Assembly: GCA_038496445.1 (NCBI GenBank)
Contig: JALMLS010000322.1
Span: 620,001 to 684,000, forward strand
Origin: Trichosphaerium sp. ATCC 40318
Lineage: Eukaryota > Protista > Tubulinea
Direction: 5' to 3'
DNA length: 64,000 bases
The notes below the pieces were generated by a model, which saw only the letters and a list, made by a program, of their open reading frames with translations, was not told where the DNA came from and made no database searches. The stretch's first letter is position 1, and each line of letters starts with the position of its first letter. Both the position numbers and the translations under genes were made by a program. Positions 1 to 12,488 of the stretch are shown in pieces.

Positions 1-2278
1 GAATGCGAATTATGTAGCAATTGCACATTCCAAAACAATACAGCACTGAGATATGGAAACGATAGAGCATCAGGTAAGTCCAAAAACCCTAACAAAACGT
101 CAAAAATCTCTTCCATTGGCATACTTAAAGCTTTTCTCAGTCTCGCAGCTTTTTACGTAAAGATTCATAGTATCTATCAATGATTTTTGCTTTTTTTCAC
201 TGTGATTTCATGTCACGTGTTTTTTCTTTTGCTGTAAGGTGTCAATTTTTAATTTTTTCTTTAGCTCCAATTTCGCTTGTTTTTACCACAATTTCGAAAC
301 CTAAGTGTGTTGGTGATTTCTTGACTGTTTTGATTGAACTAAAAGACATGTTTAACCAAACGTTTGGGTCTTCCAATACGAGTGATCTCTTTACCTATAC
401 CCTCCAAGCAACTCCTGAAGCAATCTTAAAACCAAACACTGGAATAGTAAGTTCAGCATACTTCTAAGCGTCTAGGAAGCTCTCTGACTCCTTTTCTCTA
501 GATCAGCTTTCTTGGAGGCACTGAAGTTAAAGTACTAATTGAAGGAACAGGTGGTGTTGAGTATTTTATTCAAGTAGAAGTATCAAGAGATTTCAACATG
601 GCGAACCAGAGCGTTTATATACCTTTTTGTGAAGGTACTTCTTTTTTAGCTCCTTTTTTGATACGTCTAATCTTATTGAACCTATAGAATTCCTTGAATC
701 TGATTCTGCTCTGGGTACAATTGTGTACACCTTAACTACAATTGCCATGATCGTTGTTCTTGGCGCAAGTACGTAAAATGCGTTTTCTTATTTTTTTCTT
801 ACTTGTGTTTATAGTGTTATTAACAGTACTATTGTGGCGTACCAACGCCATCATTCAGGTACAAAAAGCACACAGAGTCACACAATATTAATACATACTT
901 TTTTTAGTATTCATCTCCAATGTTTCTTTTGATGTTTCTTTTCGGATGTCTGTTGATGCTAATCAGCAACTACTTAAGTGTTGGACAAGCAAACGAAGCG
1001 CTTTGTATAGTACCTGTATTCTTCTTGAGTCTTGGGTGCGTATATACTTCCTTTGGGGTACTACACTATACATGTCTTACTAAATACAAGGTTGACATTG
1101 ATGTACAGCCCGTTGATTGCGAAGAACTATAGAATGTATGCTATTTTTTCAAACAAGAAAATGGAGCATCGTCATATTTCTGATTTCGTATTGTTACGAT
1201 ACGTTGGTATTATGGTAGCGATTCAACTGGTAAGCTTACTAATTCTTTTATTTGTATCTCTTCTAATATGCGATAAAGATTATTGATTTGCTTTGGGCTA
1301 TATTAACACCTCCAGATGTTCAAGGATTTCATTGTAATTACAATGAAAAGGCATTGTTAGCTGTAGCTTTTTTTTATATTGTACGAAGCGATAATCTATG
1401 GCTTTTCTTTTTTTGTACAGTATTGAGCTCTCCGCCCATTTTATTGGCCTATCTATGTATTTGACTTCTCTTTTAGATTATATTATTCTTGGTAGCAGTT
1501 ATTTTATCAATAGGCACAAGGAAGATACCCAAACTACTCCGTGAAACCCAGTACATTGGCTATTTGGTACAATCTCAAAAAAAAAGCAGCATAACATCGC
1601 TGTTTCTCACACTACTGTGTAGACGTATGGGAACTCAATAATAATGATAGCCGCTGTTGTTGGTATGGCATTGTCTATGGGTAGAGTAAGGAACAGAATA
1701 GCAATCGCATGCTTTGCAGTAGTAGCAAGTGTTCTTCAATCCGTAATATTACTTTATTTTTCAAAAATAAAAGCAATCATCACTGGAAAACAAGGTACGT
1801 ATCAAACAAACACACTTAAAAACTCCTCAGTTCAAGGTTGAATGTGATTTAAACGCAACAAACACTCTAAATGCCGATAACAATCTCACTTTATTCTGAT
1901 AACCCTTTTTTTTTCAACGCAGCTTCTTTTGTTGTATTTTTTTTTCAGTCACGTGTTTTTTTTAATAGTTGGTTTGTTTTAGATAGTTATGTTGAACAGA
2001 TGAAAAAAATCAAAGGAAATGACCTAGATAAGCAACTATCTTCACTTAAAATATCTACAAAGACAAATGATACACAACAAGAAGAATCACTTCTTCAGGA
2101 GGTTGTAGAGCTAAGAAAAACTGTAAAGAAGTTAAAAAGCAAGATCGCTAAACAAAAGCAACAAAGTAGACTTATAGTGACTTCAGGAGTATCACTTGCT
2201 CCTTTAGATATTGTAAGTAGAGATGACGAACGCTCAGAATCAGGTAAAATATCAGAAGCAAGCGAAGAAGTCTCATAG
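1..2278 (+). CDS. Class C (GABA-B/Grl-like) GPCR, 7tm_3 domain, 5'-partial, multi-exon
   Basis: Spliced exons give SPMFLLMFLFGCLLMLISNYLSVGQANEALC..., LIAKNYRMYAIFSNKK and KIPKLLRETQYIG, typical of 7tm_3. A C-terminal coiled coil (LLQEVVELRKTVKKLKSKIAKQK) ends at TAG 2278. Confidence 0.85.
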
Positions 2279-2753
2279 ATTGGCCTGTGAACTTATTGTC
2301 AACTTAATTAAAACAAACCTTGTAATTTGATTTAACTCAAAGCCAGCATTTCCTGTCAATCTCTGAGGAGGGTGCCCATATGTAGACTACAATATGTAAA
2401 AATTATAGCAAATCTAGTAGCCCAAGTGAAGACTACCTCGTACCAACACCTCGCTAATTTAAATATATTGTGTGGATCATCACCACGTTTGAGCAGTAGC
2501 AGAATGCTGTGCTTGCGCTTCACTACCGTCCTATGTTTATCCTCATACAATTAAGTAGGTTCTAGTCATGATTAGGACTCCTGGCTAGATCGGGTTCTTT
2601 CGGGGTAATATTAATGCAGCCTAATAAAATTATGTATGTCGTTAGAAAAAATGATGTAACACAAGATACATGATGAAGAGAAAAGGAGTACTTCAATATT
2701 TTTATTTACAAGTGCGTTTTATATGCTATTAAGTTAATTGATGGGTATAAGGT

Positions 2754-3772
2754 TCAAGAGCGTAACCACCACCAAAGCATAAAGCAAATACAAAATGAAA
2801 TAACACCTCCTAGAATTAATTGGTTTTTAAGCTTCTTATTCTTTATGGCGTTTGTTATTGATGTTATAGAACGTTTCATATCGCCTAGTATTATGATTAT
2901 TATTTGCAATACAAAGAAAAAAGAAAAAAATAAAGTCACGTGTCATAAAGACGAGTACAATCACATTTTCATAATTTGTTAAGAACTTTGTTTTTTGACC
3001 AAAAAAAAAACTTGGAAGGGACTTGCAGACTCTATAACACAATAAAATCTCAAACCCTTATGTATGGACATTGTATAATACAACACCTTCAAATTAGGGT
3101 AATAGTTTGAAGGTGTAACTATTGAAGACAAAAAAATAGAGTACAAACAAGAAAAGGTAAAAAAAGAAGAAAAAACCGTTTAATTCTCTAAACGTACTCA
3201 TAGCTGTTGTACGTTTTCTGCTACGTTTTAATGTTTCCTGTTGATTCCTCAGCGCTTGCTTAGTGCCAATCATGTGCCTGTAGAGCCGTTTAGATCTAAA
3301 GTGGACTGAAATGACTGTCATACGGTAATAATTCGTCTGTTGTATTCAGAGCGTTACTCCATGATCTGTGTTCGTCCATAGCAATTGAAACGTCCGCTGA
3401 TGTTTCATTTCTTGATGCGCCTGAGAACAAAGCTGCTCTGTTCTGTTTCTCGAGGATAAAGTCGCGTTGTCTGCGAAAAGTTTGCCGTTTATCACGTAAA
3501 ATTTCCTTATGGTGTTGTATTGTATGACTACTAAGTCCTGATCTACCTAGTTCGTCGTTTACTTTGGAAAGCTAAATTACACTAATGTTAGAGCTGTTTA
3601 TGACGTATTATCGTATAATAACCTCAGCTAGAGCGGTTTCGACATCTCTTAGCGATCTTTCTGCAATATCGTGATCGTTGTCGTCTGAAATGTCTTGAAG
3701 TGAGTGCAGTAGGTACTCCACGCGTCGTTCAAGCGACACGGCCTGTTTTTCTACGTTTCCATTGGATGCCAT
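2754..3772 (-). CDS. Golgi Qb-SNARE (Gos1/GOSR1- or membrin-like)
   Basis: ATG at 3772 (MASNGNVEKQAVSLERRVEYLL). Helical N-domain, SNARE motif QALRNQQETLKRSRKR...ITNAIKNKKLKNQLIL, C-terminal TM anchor GGVISFCICFMLWWWLRS*. Confidence 0.8.
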
Positions 3773-4133
3773 TGCAGTGTCAACGTAGTCAACGTCAGCA
3801 ACATTATTTTAAGTCAAACTAGACTTAGTTATTCAGATAAGCATGTTTTCCAGGCAAGTTTGAATACGAGATCAGGATAGCATTTTTGTCAGTAAAGTGG
3901 ACAGAATAAGTCAATTCATTGACCATATTGTCTACTTATAACCATCAATGACTTTTGTTGCACGTGACACTTTGTTCATGTCATTTTCGGTTTTAGCCTC
4001 AACACTGCCATGTACAGTACGCAATTCTGGCTTTTAGGTGGCCTTGTTGCACCTGAAAACTCATGAACCAAAAATTATGTATTCACATAAGCCATGCACG
4101 TAGCGAAAAAAAAAGACAATCATTTTTGGAAAC

Positions 4134-4333
4134 ATTGTTTTTTTTTGCTACTAGGTAATTATGGAGTTAAATACAACTCACTTATTGTGTTGGTGCAGCT
4201 GTGGTTCATCCTGTTCGGACTGGTATTTTTGCCATCTCTATTTAAGCTTTGATTGAACAAACTTGTATAACAGACTTAATTCCGGCAGTGTCGCGGAATA
4301 CTGTTTGTTGTATGACAACTTAAGACAACAACA
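4134..4333 (+). repeat. Direct repeat copy 1 (~200 bp), homologous to 8195-8477 but lacking ~80 bp internally
   Basis: Near-identical blocks in both copies, e.g. ctaggt(a/g)attatggagttaaatacaactcactt and acttgtataacagacttaattccggcagtg...tatgacaacttaagacaacaaca. Confidence 0.9.
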
Positions 4334-5061
4334 CTCTTATCGTTATTCTTACAGGGCTGGTTTAAAACCAGTTGGATCACGTAATAGTAGAAATGGATCT
4401 ACTGACGATAAAAAGGAGATGAAGCCCCTGTTACCAATTGAAGAAGCGTTTTGAAGAGTCGAAACAATTGAACTTTCGAAGAAAAAAATAAAAAAAAAAT
4501 AAAATAGGCACTCTCCTTTTTATCATCATCACTGTTGCACAAGTACTGAATAAAAAACGTTATGCAATGAATTCACTATAAGGTTGATGTCCCAACTTAC
4601 TCCATCCAATATCTTATAATAGTAAAGAGATATGTAGGACTCAATATTGCAAGTGACATTGCACTTGGTATTTTTTTTTTATTACAACTGTACCTGTAGT
4701 TTATGTATGAAGTCCTATCTGGAAATTGTAATTTTATTCAATAATCTTTGTCGCACAATATCGCATGGAAATAAGCGCTGGTTCAGATGGACATTTGGGT
4801 TAGGGGTGCTGAATAATACTTTGTTATTACAACTAGTTAGTATGTTGAAACAAAACTTGATAGGTGACACATGTTCATATCAGTCATTCAGCAATGTCTT
4901 TGTTCAAAAGATAGTAGTACAGTATTTCACGGTCTCATTGAATGATTAACATTGGTTGCGCAATACTACATCCTAAATGTACTTATAGTAATATCACAAG
5001 TACTTACACAATTGAATTCATAAGTTTATTGTAGTGTCACTTTGATTTGTGACGTTATTAT

Positions 5062-6228
5062 TTATTCTCTTGTTACTACAGTTCCAACTACGTTTATACG
5101 TTTTGTCCCAACAAGCCCTTTGATGCCTCCATTGGTTACTGAAGTATAGTTGAGGTAAATAGTATGAACGCCAACAAGTGCTTTAACACCTTCATCTGTT
5201 ACTGAAGTGCTATTGAGGTAAATAGTATGAACGCCAGCAAGTGCTTTGACACCTTCATCTGTTACTAAAGTGTTATCGAGGTGAATAGTATGAACTCCAG
5301 CAAGTGCTTTAACACCTTCATCTGTCACTACGGTACGATGAAGGCTAATATAATGAACTCCTGCAAGAGGTTTGACACCTTCATCAGTTACTTTAGTACC
5401 GGCAAGGTGAATACTATGAACACCAGAAAGTGCTTTAACGCCTTCATCTGTTACTGAAGTGTTATTGAGGTTAATTTTATGAACGCCAGAAAGTGCTTTT
5501 ACGCCTTCATCTGTTACTGAAGTGTTACTGAGGCAAATGGTATGAACGCCAGCAAGTGCCTTAACGCTTTCGTCAGTTACTGAAGTATTATTGAGGTAAA
5601 TAGTATGAACGCCAGCAAGTGGTTTGACACCTTCATCTGTTACTGAAGTGCTATTGAGGTAAATACTATGAACGCCAGCAAGTGCTTTAACACCTTCATC
5701 TGTTACTGAAGTGTTATTGAGGTAAATAGTATGAACGCCAGCAAGTGCTTTTACACCTTTGCCTGTTACTGAAGTATGATTGAGGATAATAGCATGAACG
5801 CCAGCAAGTGCTTTAATGCCTTCGTCAGTTACTGAAGTGCCTTCAAGTGCAATAATATGAACGCCAGCAAGTGCTTTAATGCCTTCGTCAGTTACTGTAG
5901 CGTAGTCTAGGTCTATAGTATGAACTCCAGCAAATTGTTTGATGATGGCTTCGTCAAAATCACATGAGGTAAGGTCTATCCAGGTGTTTTTCAGAATCCC
6001 ACGATGTTTTACAACTGATTTTACTTGGTCTGCAGTTTTAACCCTGATAGCGGTGTATCCGATAACGTCATGAACAATAGAAGCGAATAAACGACAGGTT
6101 TGACAAGCTGCAAATCGTGATTTGGATGATGTTTGAAGCAAAATATGCGTTAATATCTCCGTAGGTAGATGCAACAAATTATAGCGTGCGATGTTGTCGA
6201 TTTTATAACATGTTGAAATAGGAAGCAT
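5062..6228 (-). CDS. Intronless F-box + leucine-rich repeat protein (388 aa)
   Basis: F-box LLHLPTEILTHILL...FAACQTCRLF, then 13 tandem 21-aa repeats of consensus LAGVHTIYLNNTSVTDEGVKA and a degenerate cap. Confidence 0.92.
   Translation of the reverse strand: MLPISTCYKIDNIARYNLLHLPTEILTHILLQTSSKSRFAACQTCRLFASIVHDVIGYTAIRVKTADQVKSVVKHRGILKNTWIDLTSCDFDEAIIKQFAGVHTIDLDYATVTDEGIKALAGVHIIALEGTSVTDEGIKALAGVHAIILNHTSVTGKGVKALAGVHTIYLNNTSVTDEGVKALAGVHSIYLNSTSVTDEGVKPLAGVHTIYLNNTSVTDESVKALAGVHTICLSNTSVTDEGVKALSGVHKINLNNTSVTDEGVKALSGVHSIHLAGTKVTDEGVKPLAGVHYISLHRTVVTDEGVKALAGVHTIHLDNTLVTDEGVKALAGVHTIYLNSTSVTDEGVKALVGVHTIYLNYTSVTNGGIKGLVGTKRINVVGTVVTRE
5116..5934 (-). repeat. Coding tandem repeat, 13 x 63 nt (LRR units)
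   Basis: On the + strand the unit atgaacgccagcaagtgctttaacaccttcatctgttactgaagt recurs with a 63-nt period. Confidence 0.95.
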
Positions 6229-7393
6229 TGTATATCTTTGTGATGGTATTAAGGACGTCTCTAATGGTTAAAATGTACTTTTATACGCCAATATCTAGAA
6301 TGGAGGCGGTATGTGCTGCGAAAGGAGCGTTTAGGCTGTGATATTAAGGTACGAGTACAAGTTAAGTAGCCTGTTCGTACAAAAAAAATTACGTTCTTTT
6401 CACAAAAACGTTGACCAATGACAACTGAAACGTGCAACGTCACCATGTTCAATATGCATGCTTTCCAAGTATTTCCACGAAGATATTCACAGCGAACTTT
6501 GACGAAATACACAAGTGTATTTTTTGATTGTGTGTTTCTCTGAATGTACTAATGCTATTATCCTACAAGTACGGTAACGTCTCTCTTACACGTATTCTCA
6601 TCTTTTGTGCCCTTTAACGTTTCAACAACATTAATACCGCTACATTGGTTACCTATTCCAATAGTTTAAAAGTCGATTAGCGCTAAATAAAACGCAAAAA
6701 GACGTTACAATGGTACTTATTGTCTTTTTTTAATTTAATTTGTAGATCGTTCAGAAATCTTATTTTAAGCTATTTCCGTCCTATTTGGAATAGGGCAAGT
6801 ACCAAAATGACCCCTTCCTCTGCAGATACAAGTGTGTATACTACAGAAACGCCCATGAATAAGATGTAATAAAACAGCAATAAGCAATACAAACTGTAGA
6901 ATAAAAACGACAAATGTATTGTGTGTCATTAGTAAGTAATATGTGAAACACAGAGTACGCTATGATCAAGTTGCGAAGTCAGTTTTGATAATAAGAACGT
7001 ATCTAATAGAGTGTAGGCGCATAAAAGCTCTTGGACGGCGCATGTAATCTCACATACTGAAATACGACTTCAGGCCTTTTGTCTTTGTAGTCAAACTACA
7101 ATTGCCAATCAGACTGGCAATGCTTACCTTTTCAAATATAACATTTCCAATAGCAACATGCACGCGGCACCAACCAACAAGCTACTTTGACATCGCAATA
7201 TTTCCGCACGTGATAAACCGACCTATGCCTCAAAGCACGTGTAGGAGATCATCGAACAACTTTATCAATTAACAAGGATACGAAACTAAGCCTCAGATAA
7301 AGCTCGAATTAAGGCTAAACTGTCATAAGCAATCCAGTGTTTTTCGTCAAGCACTTTCTTGTTAACATTTGAAGCACTACCCGTTCAACGAAA

Positions 7394-8092
7394 ATGGAGT
7401 CAACAGCAAGGTCAGCATTGACGATACATCTTTCCAAACTCTTGATTGCTAAAACCACGCAACAGATACGAAAATGAACCCACACGCCTTGTGGATCTCC
7501 CACCAGAACTATTAGCAATGCTTTTGGAGAAAACAACCGATAAAACGCTTCACCGTTGTAGCTTGTTGTCTAACACTCTCATCTATTATTCATAGCATCA
7601 TTGGGTTTAAAAGAGCAAATCTAACCAGAGTGTCAATGGTTTCCAATCTGTCGTCAATGCCAGGTACTTAAAAACACGAGACTTAAAATAAACCTCAAGT
7701 TTCTTAAATACGATAAAGCCGTAGAAGCTTTAAAGTATATTGAAGGTGTAAAACACGTTGACTTGTCACGTGGCATGATAGTAGCGAAAGGACTAAAACA
7801 CTTGTCCGGTGTTCATACTATTAGCTTGTCTTCAACAAAACTTAGTGGTTGGGGTCTAAAGTACTTGTCTGGCGTTCATGACATCAACCTTTCAAGTACC
7901 AAAATACGTGATCAACACTTAAAACATATATCTGGAGTCCATACAATAGATTTATCTAACACACGTGTAACAGAGCTAGCAGCACTTTCTGGAGTTCATA
8001 CGATTAACTTGTCACGTACAAAAATAAGTGGTTCTAACATCAACTTTAATACTGTTTCCTGCCCAGTATTTGATGATATAGTTGAGGTATGA
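7394..8092 (+). pseudogene. F-box/LRR paralog, frameshifted (pseudogene or assembly errors)
   Basis: ATG 7394 and one short intron, then F-box LVDLPPELLAMLLEKT. Homologous linker segments (LSSIIHSIIG; VLKNT) lie in different frames, with shifts near 7575 and 7663. About 5 LRRs follow (LSGVHTISLSSTKL...). Confidence 0.75.
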
Positions 8093-8194
8093 AACTAAAA
8101 ATTGGATGATTCTGTCCATGTGAAAGCAAAATTCAAAAGGTTCAGTTTATGTTGGACACTTTACCTGTTTTAGGACACTTTTCATGTTTGACTA

Positions 8195-8477
8195 ATTGTT
8201 TTTTTTTTGTTACTAGGTGATTATGGAGTTAAATACAACTCACTTCTTGTGTTGGTGCAGCTGTGGTTCATTTCCTATAAAGATCCTAAACCGTGTATGC
8301 TGGTCAATACCGGTTTATACTGAAAAAAAGGTACTAAACTGGATATTTTGATCCTGTTCGGGCTGTTATTTTTGCCATCTCTATTTAAGCGTTGATTGAA
8401 CAACTTGTATAACAGACTTAATTCCGGCAGTGGTCGCAGAATACTTGTTTATTGTATGACAACTTAAGACAACAACA
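8195..8477 (+). repeat. Direct repeat copy 2 (~280 bp), overlapping the probable stop/3' region of the vWA gene
   Basis: Matches 4134-4333 with an extra ~80-bp segment at about 8271-8352. Confidence 0.9.
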
Positions 8478-11400
8478 AAAGAAGAGTGACAAGATACAAG
8501 TTCATTTTCATCATCAACAAAAGAGTGTCACTTGTATCTGTAGGTGGCGCGGTTGTTTGAGGTGGAACAATAGTTTGAGGCGGAGCAGTAGTTTGAGGTG
8601 GAGCGGTAGTTTCTGGCGGAAGTGTAGTTGTTGGAGGAGTAGTGGTTGAAAGTATACAGACCATCGACTGTTCACACGTGTTTTTAGCTGGTGAAGTGCT
8701 TGTTGCATTACTTTGTTTATACAATAAAGTTAGGAAGAAAGAGTTGTTATGTATTGTTTTAGAACGCACGTGAAAACACAACTTGATGTTAAGCATCTGT
8801 TATCAGGGTTACATTCGATTGTTCCTGATATGCAACCCAAAACTCTAAATAATCGTTATTGCCAGAGCTTTGTACATGTTGTCACCAAGTCTATAAATAG
8901 ATCACTTACGGATGACAAGTAGCTTTTTGACAAGGTAATATTGCGCTTTGATTTGGACATTCAATTGGGGAGTGTACACATCCAAGTATTGGGCTAGAGA
9001 CAACAAAGCAAACAAGTTAGTATAACGTAACGTTACGTAATAAAATAACAAATGAAAAGAACGTACTCACAGAAGTCGTTAGTGCAAATATTGTTATCGT
9101 CGCATACTTCTACATGTTTAATTGGTGTATTAACGCACATACCCTGTGGAGAAAACGAGAAGTCACACGTATCAATGGTACACCTTTGAAAAAGATGAGG
9201 TGTTAGGGAAAGGATTAAGGTCAACAAAAAGCTGTTGAACTTACTCATTCAAGTCATCACATAAATCAATGGTACCACATTCGCCAGATACAGGATCACA
9301 AGTGGCTTCAAAACAGCTGTTAGACGTGGTACATCTGTCCGTTTTATAGCATCCTGTCGTAGTGTTACAGCTATGTATTGAGCAGACATCTCCATCGTCA
9401 CAGTTTTTGGGTGTGTAGAAACACCCTGTATCCCTGAGAAAGTGTTAACTAAACCAACAAAGCATGTTTAAGAGATCACATACGGATCACAAGAAGCTTC
9501 TTCACACTCGTTTCTTGGTTCACAAACAATGTCTTCTGATATACATCCAGTATTTGGATCACATGAATCAAGTTTACACCTGTTTTGGCTATCGCAATCA
9601 ACTGGAGTACCTATACATGTACCGCTTGCACTATCGCAAGTATCCACAATACACTTTGAATCGCTTATTAAAACAATTAGTACCACTATATTATTGTACA
9701 CAAGCAAAAGCACGTACGTGTTGCACTTTGTTGTATTTCTTAGGTTACAGTTCATAGCTGGAGCATTGACATCGCAGTAGGCTTCCAGACACATATCAGT
9801 CTATGTCAATTGTAAGGGTATAAATAGATGTATACGTACTGCTAGTGCTTGAGATAGAACTGTAGAACAATTGGCTGTCTCACAAGTTCCGCAATCAATT
9901 GGAGTGCTTATACACATCCCATTAGAAGGATTACAGCTATCTGAGGTACAATCATCACCATCATCACAAACCTTGTCTCTCACAATACAACCAAGTGTTG
10001 CTAAAGAAACAGCAAGTAAATACATAATGAGCAACCTTTTTTGTGTCCGTACAATCGCAAGAGTAAGTTTTACAAGGATCAGTTCCAGTACAATTCTTGT
10101 TTAACAATGTACAGCCTGAAAAAGAGCTATTAATAAAAATTCGAAGAATAAAAAAGACCATCAAGTGTACCACTGTTTGGATCGCAAAAGGAAATCATGC
10201 ACTTGTTATATGTAGAGCAGTCTCTTTTTGTTCTCTCGCACCCGATATCGCTATAACATTGATGGATCCAACATGCGTTCTAACAGTTGTTAGATTGAAT
10301 AAACACTTTAGCTGAAATAGTTTTTTGTACTTGTGTAAACGCAGGTGCTCTATCCCTACACGTTGCATTATTTATAGCGCTAGATACACACCCATTAGGT
10401 TCTCTACACTGCACCTCTATACATTTGTCCGCGGTAGGACAGACTCTTGGCTTGCTAAAGCACTAGATGTTAAGTCAGCGAATGCAAAATATAACAAGGT
10501 ACATACTCCAATTTTAGGAAGGCAAAAGTTATCAGTACACGCCAAATCATCGTGGCATTGGCTGGAATGGTCTGTAAATACACATCCGACTTTGGTTTTT
10601 GTTAGAAAGGTTAAAGGGTTATCAATATTTGTACTGTTTGGATTGCATGTATCAGTAGTGCACAAACTATCGTCATCACAAACTAGAGGTACTTGAACAC
10701 ATCCATGTCCGTTTTCCTCACATACAGATTCATGACATCTATCTTTTGGAGAGCAACTTGATGTACACTCGCATTTTCGACCACATGAACAAAAACCTTT
10801 ACAAGATGGACCACAGTCATTGTCTAAACAAAAAAAAGGTGTCAACATGTATATTTTTTCTTTCGAAATGCTTTTTCTTACTACTGCGGCAAATACGGCC
10901 ATGAATATCGTTTAACTTGGCATTAATGTCAGTAGAATCTACGACAAAGAGGGTTACACTCAAAATTAGTGTGGGTATATTTGTGTACTGTCTAAAGCAA
11001 TAGAGTCTTCAGGATATTGTGACGAAATAAGTCTCATATCACTTTCAGATGTGCTTCCACCAATCGAAATAGATACCATCAATGATCCTCTGTCACGGAT
11101 TTTATTCGTCCATTCTTGGAGATGATCACGAGCACCTCTAAGGAAACGAACATTAGTACATACCAAAGACACAAAGAACTCACAATCCAGGGCCCTCACA
11201 GCAAGCGTTTGAACATGGAATACCATCTTGGCAACATTCACTGATATCACAAGGGCGGTTGTTTGTACTTGTCAAAAATGTGGCGACAACACTGGGTATG
11301 TTTTGTCGCCGATTTGTGTCAAGTTCTTCATTAGCGAGCTGTAATCCGCAACCAATACAAGTGAAACCATCACCTGTTCTGTTCATATCTAGTACACGCG

Positions 11401-12488
11401 TTAGGTAGAGGTAGAGCGATGCAAAAGACGTACTGTTGAGTTGATTTACAACAGAATCTTTGGATGCTGACCACGTCATGACACTACGTCCAAGGCTCGA
11501 GAATGTTTTTATGGCTATTATTAGTTAACTAATTATCACGTGATTACTCACCAAAATTCGTTCCAATTGGACCGACATCAAAAGCCTTTACAAAGTTTAT
11601 AGCTACACTTTTTAAGTCTTTCCACTATTGTATGGTTTAGTTTTCTTTTTTTTTGCTGAAAATAAACACTGTACTTGTTCATCTGATGTGGTATTTGTCT
11701 CATCTATGACCAGTACAATATCAAATGATCCTGGGCATATTCTCGAACATTCTCCGTCATCACTATTATATTGAAGGTGAGTACAAAGTTAATTACTTCT
11801 CGAGTACTATTTTTTTGCCACTGAGTCCAAGAAAGCATCGTCAGGGAACTTAGTTGTACTAATAGAAGAAAATTCCCAACTCTCTCCGCTTGCAAAAAGA
11901 ACACTGTATGATTGAGTTTAGTGTTCAAACAAACGAAACTATTGTAAACGTACAAACAAATGTCGTTGTCATTTCTAAAGCACAGTTCATCAACTCGTCC
12001 ATTTTGGGCTTCATTGTAACATGTGCAACCTTTTCGGTTTGCTATCGTAGGTCCCTTTGATACCAGTTGAGGTATTGATGCCCCTATATCAAGTGGAATC
12101 GATTCACATTCACTCGAGCACGTGCGCAAACGTACATTCTAAGATGAGATAGGTTAGCTCGTAAAAGCAGTGACGCGTAGTAGTACCTCTCCATAAAGGT
12201 ATACTTCACTCATTCCATTCTTGTAAGTCCTACCAACCACATAAGCAAACCGAACCTCATGGAAAGCTCGCACCATGCCACGCGGTTGTTGTTGTAGTCA
12301 TAGTACATTTCATCCGCTTCAATGTTACCCTTCAAAGTACAGTTAGCGTGAAAAGGGTTTAAAATGGCTAGTACATTGGTGAAGGGTCGGTTTCGAATGA
12401 CGACCGTTGAGCCAGTAAACCTGTCTCGGCCAGCAGCCATTGACAAGGATACTATGGTACTAAGCACAGTAAAGAGGAGGAGTCGCAT
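8464..12488 (-). CDS. Secreted/surface protein: signal peptide, N-terminal beta domain, vWA, Dictyostelium-type CTDC Cys repeats, Thr/Pro stalk, hydrophobic tail
   Basis: MRLLLFTVLSTIVSLSMA; vWA FDIVLVIDETNTT...WKDLKSVAINFVKAFDVGPIGTNFG...GFTCIGCGLQLANEEL; many CDDxxxCTxDxC repeats; TTAPP repeats; tail LYLVTLLLLLS* (possible GPI signal). The 3' end is uncertain. Confidence 0.8.

Noticed and set aside
2340-2630. GC-richer spacer with a small hairpin, possible RNase P/MRP or other ncRNA
   Set aside because: The conserved CR-I/CR-V motifs are not convincingly present.
5116-5934. Regular repeats with short variable segments, superficially CRISPR-like
   Set aside because: In-frame 63-nt coding LRR units in a eukaryotic gene; no unique spacers and no cas genes.
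7085-7122. Two adjacent 6-7 bp hairpins; also the palindrome GCGATAC-T-GTATCGC at 15570-15584 and a hairpin at 40001-40031
   Set aside because: Short stems are expected by chance at this scale; no supporting copies.
11805-11880. Apparent frameshifts in the vWA gene, and others near 23005 and in the PDE linker
   Set aside because: Mostly at homopolymer runs; more likely long-read assembly errors or my mis-splicing than programmed recoding.
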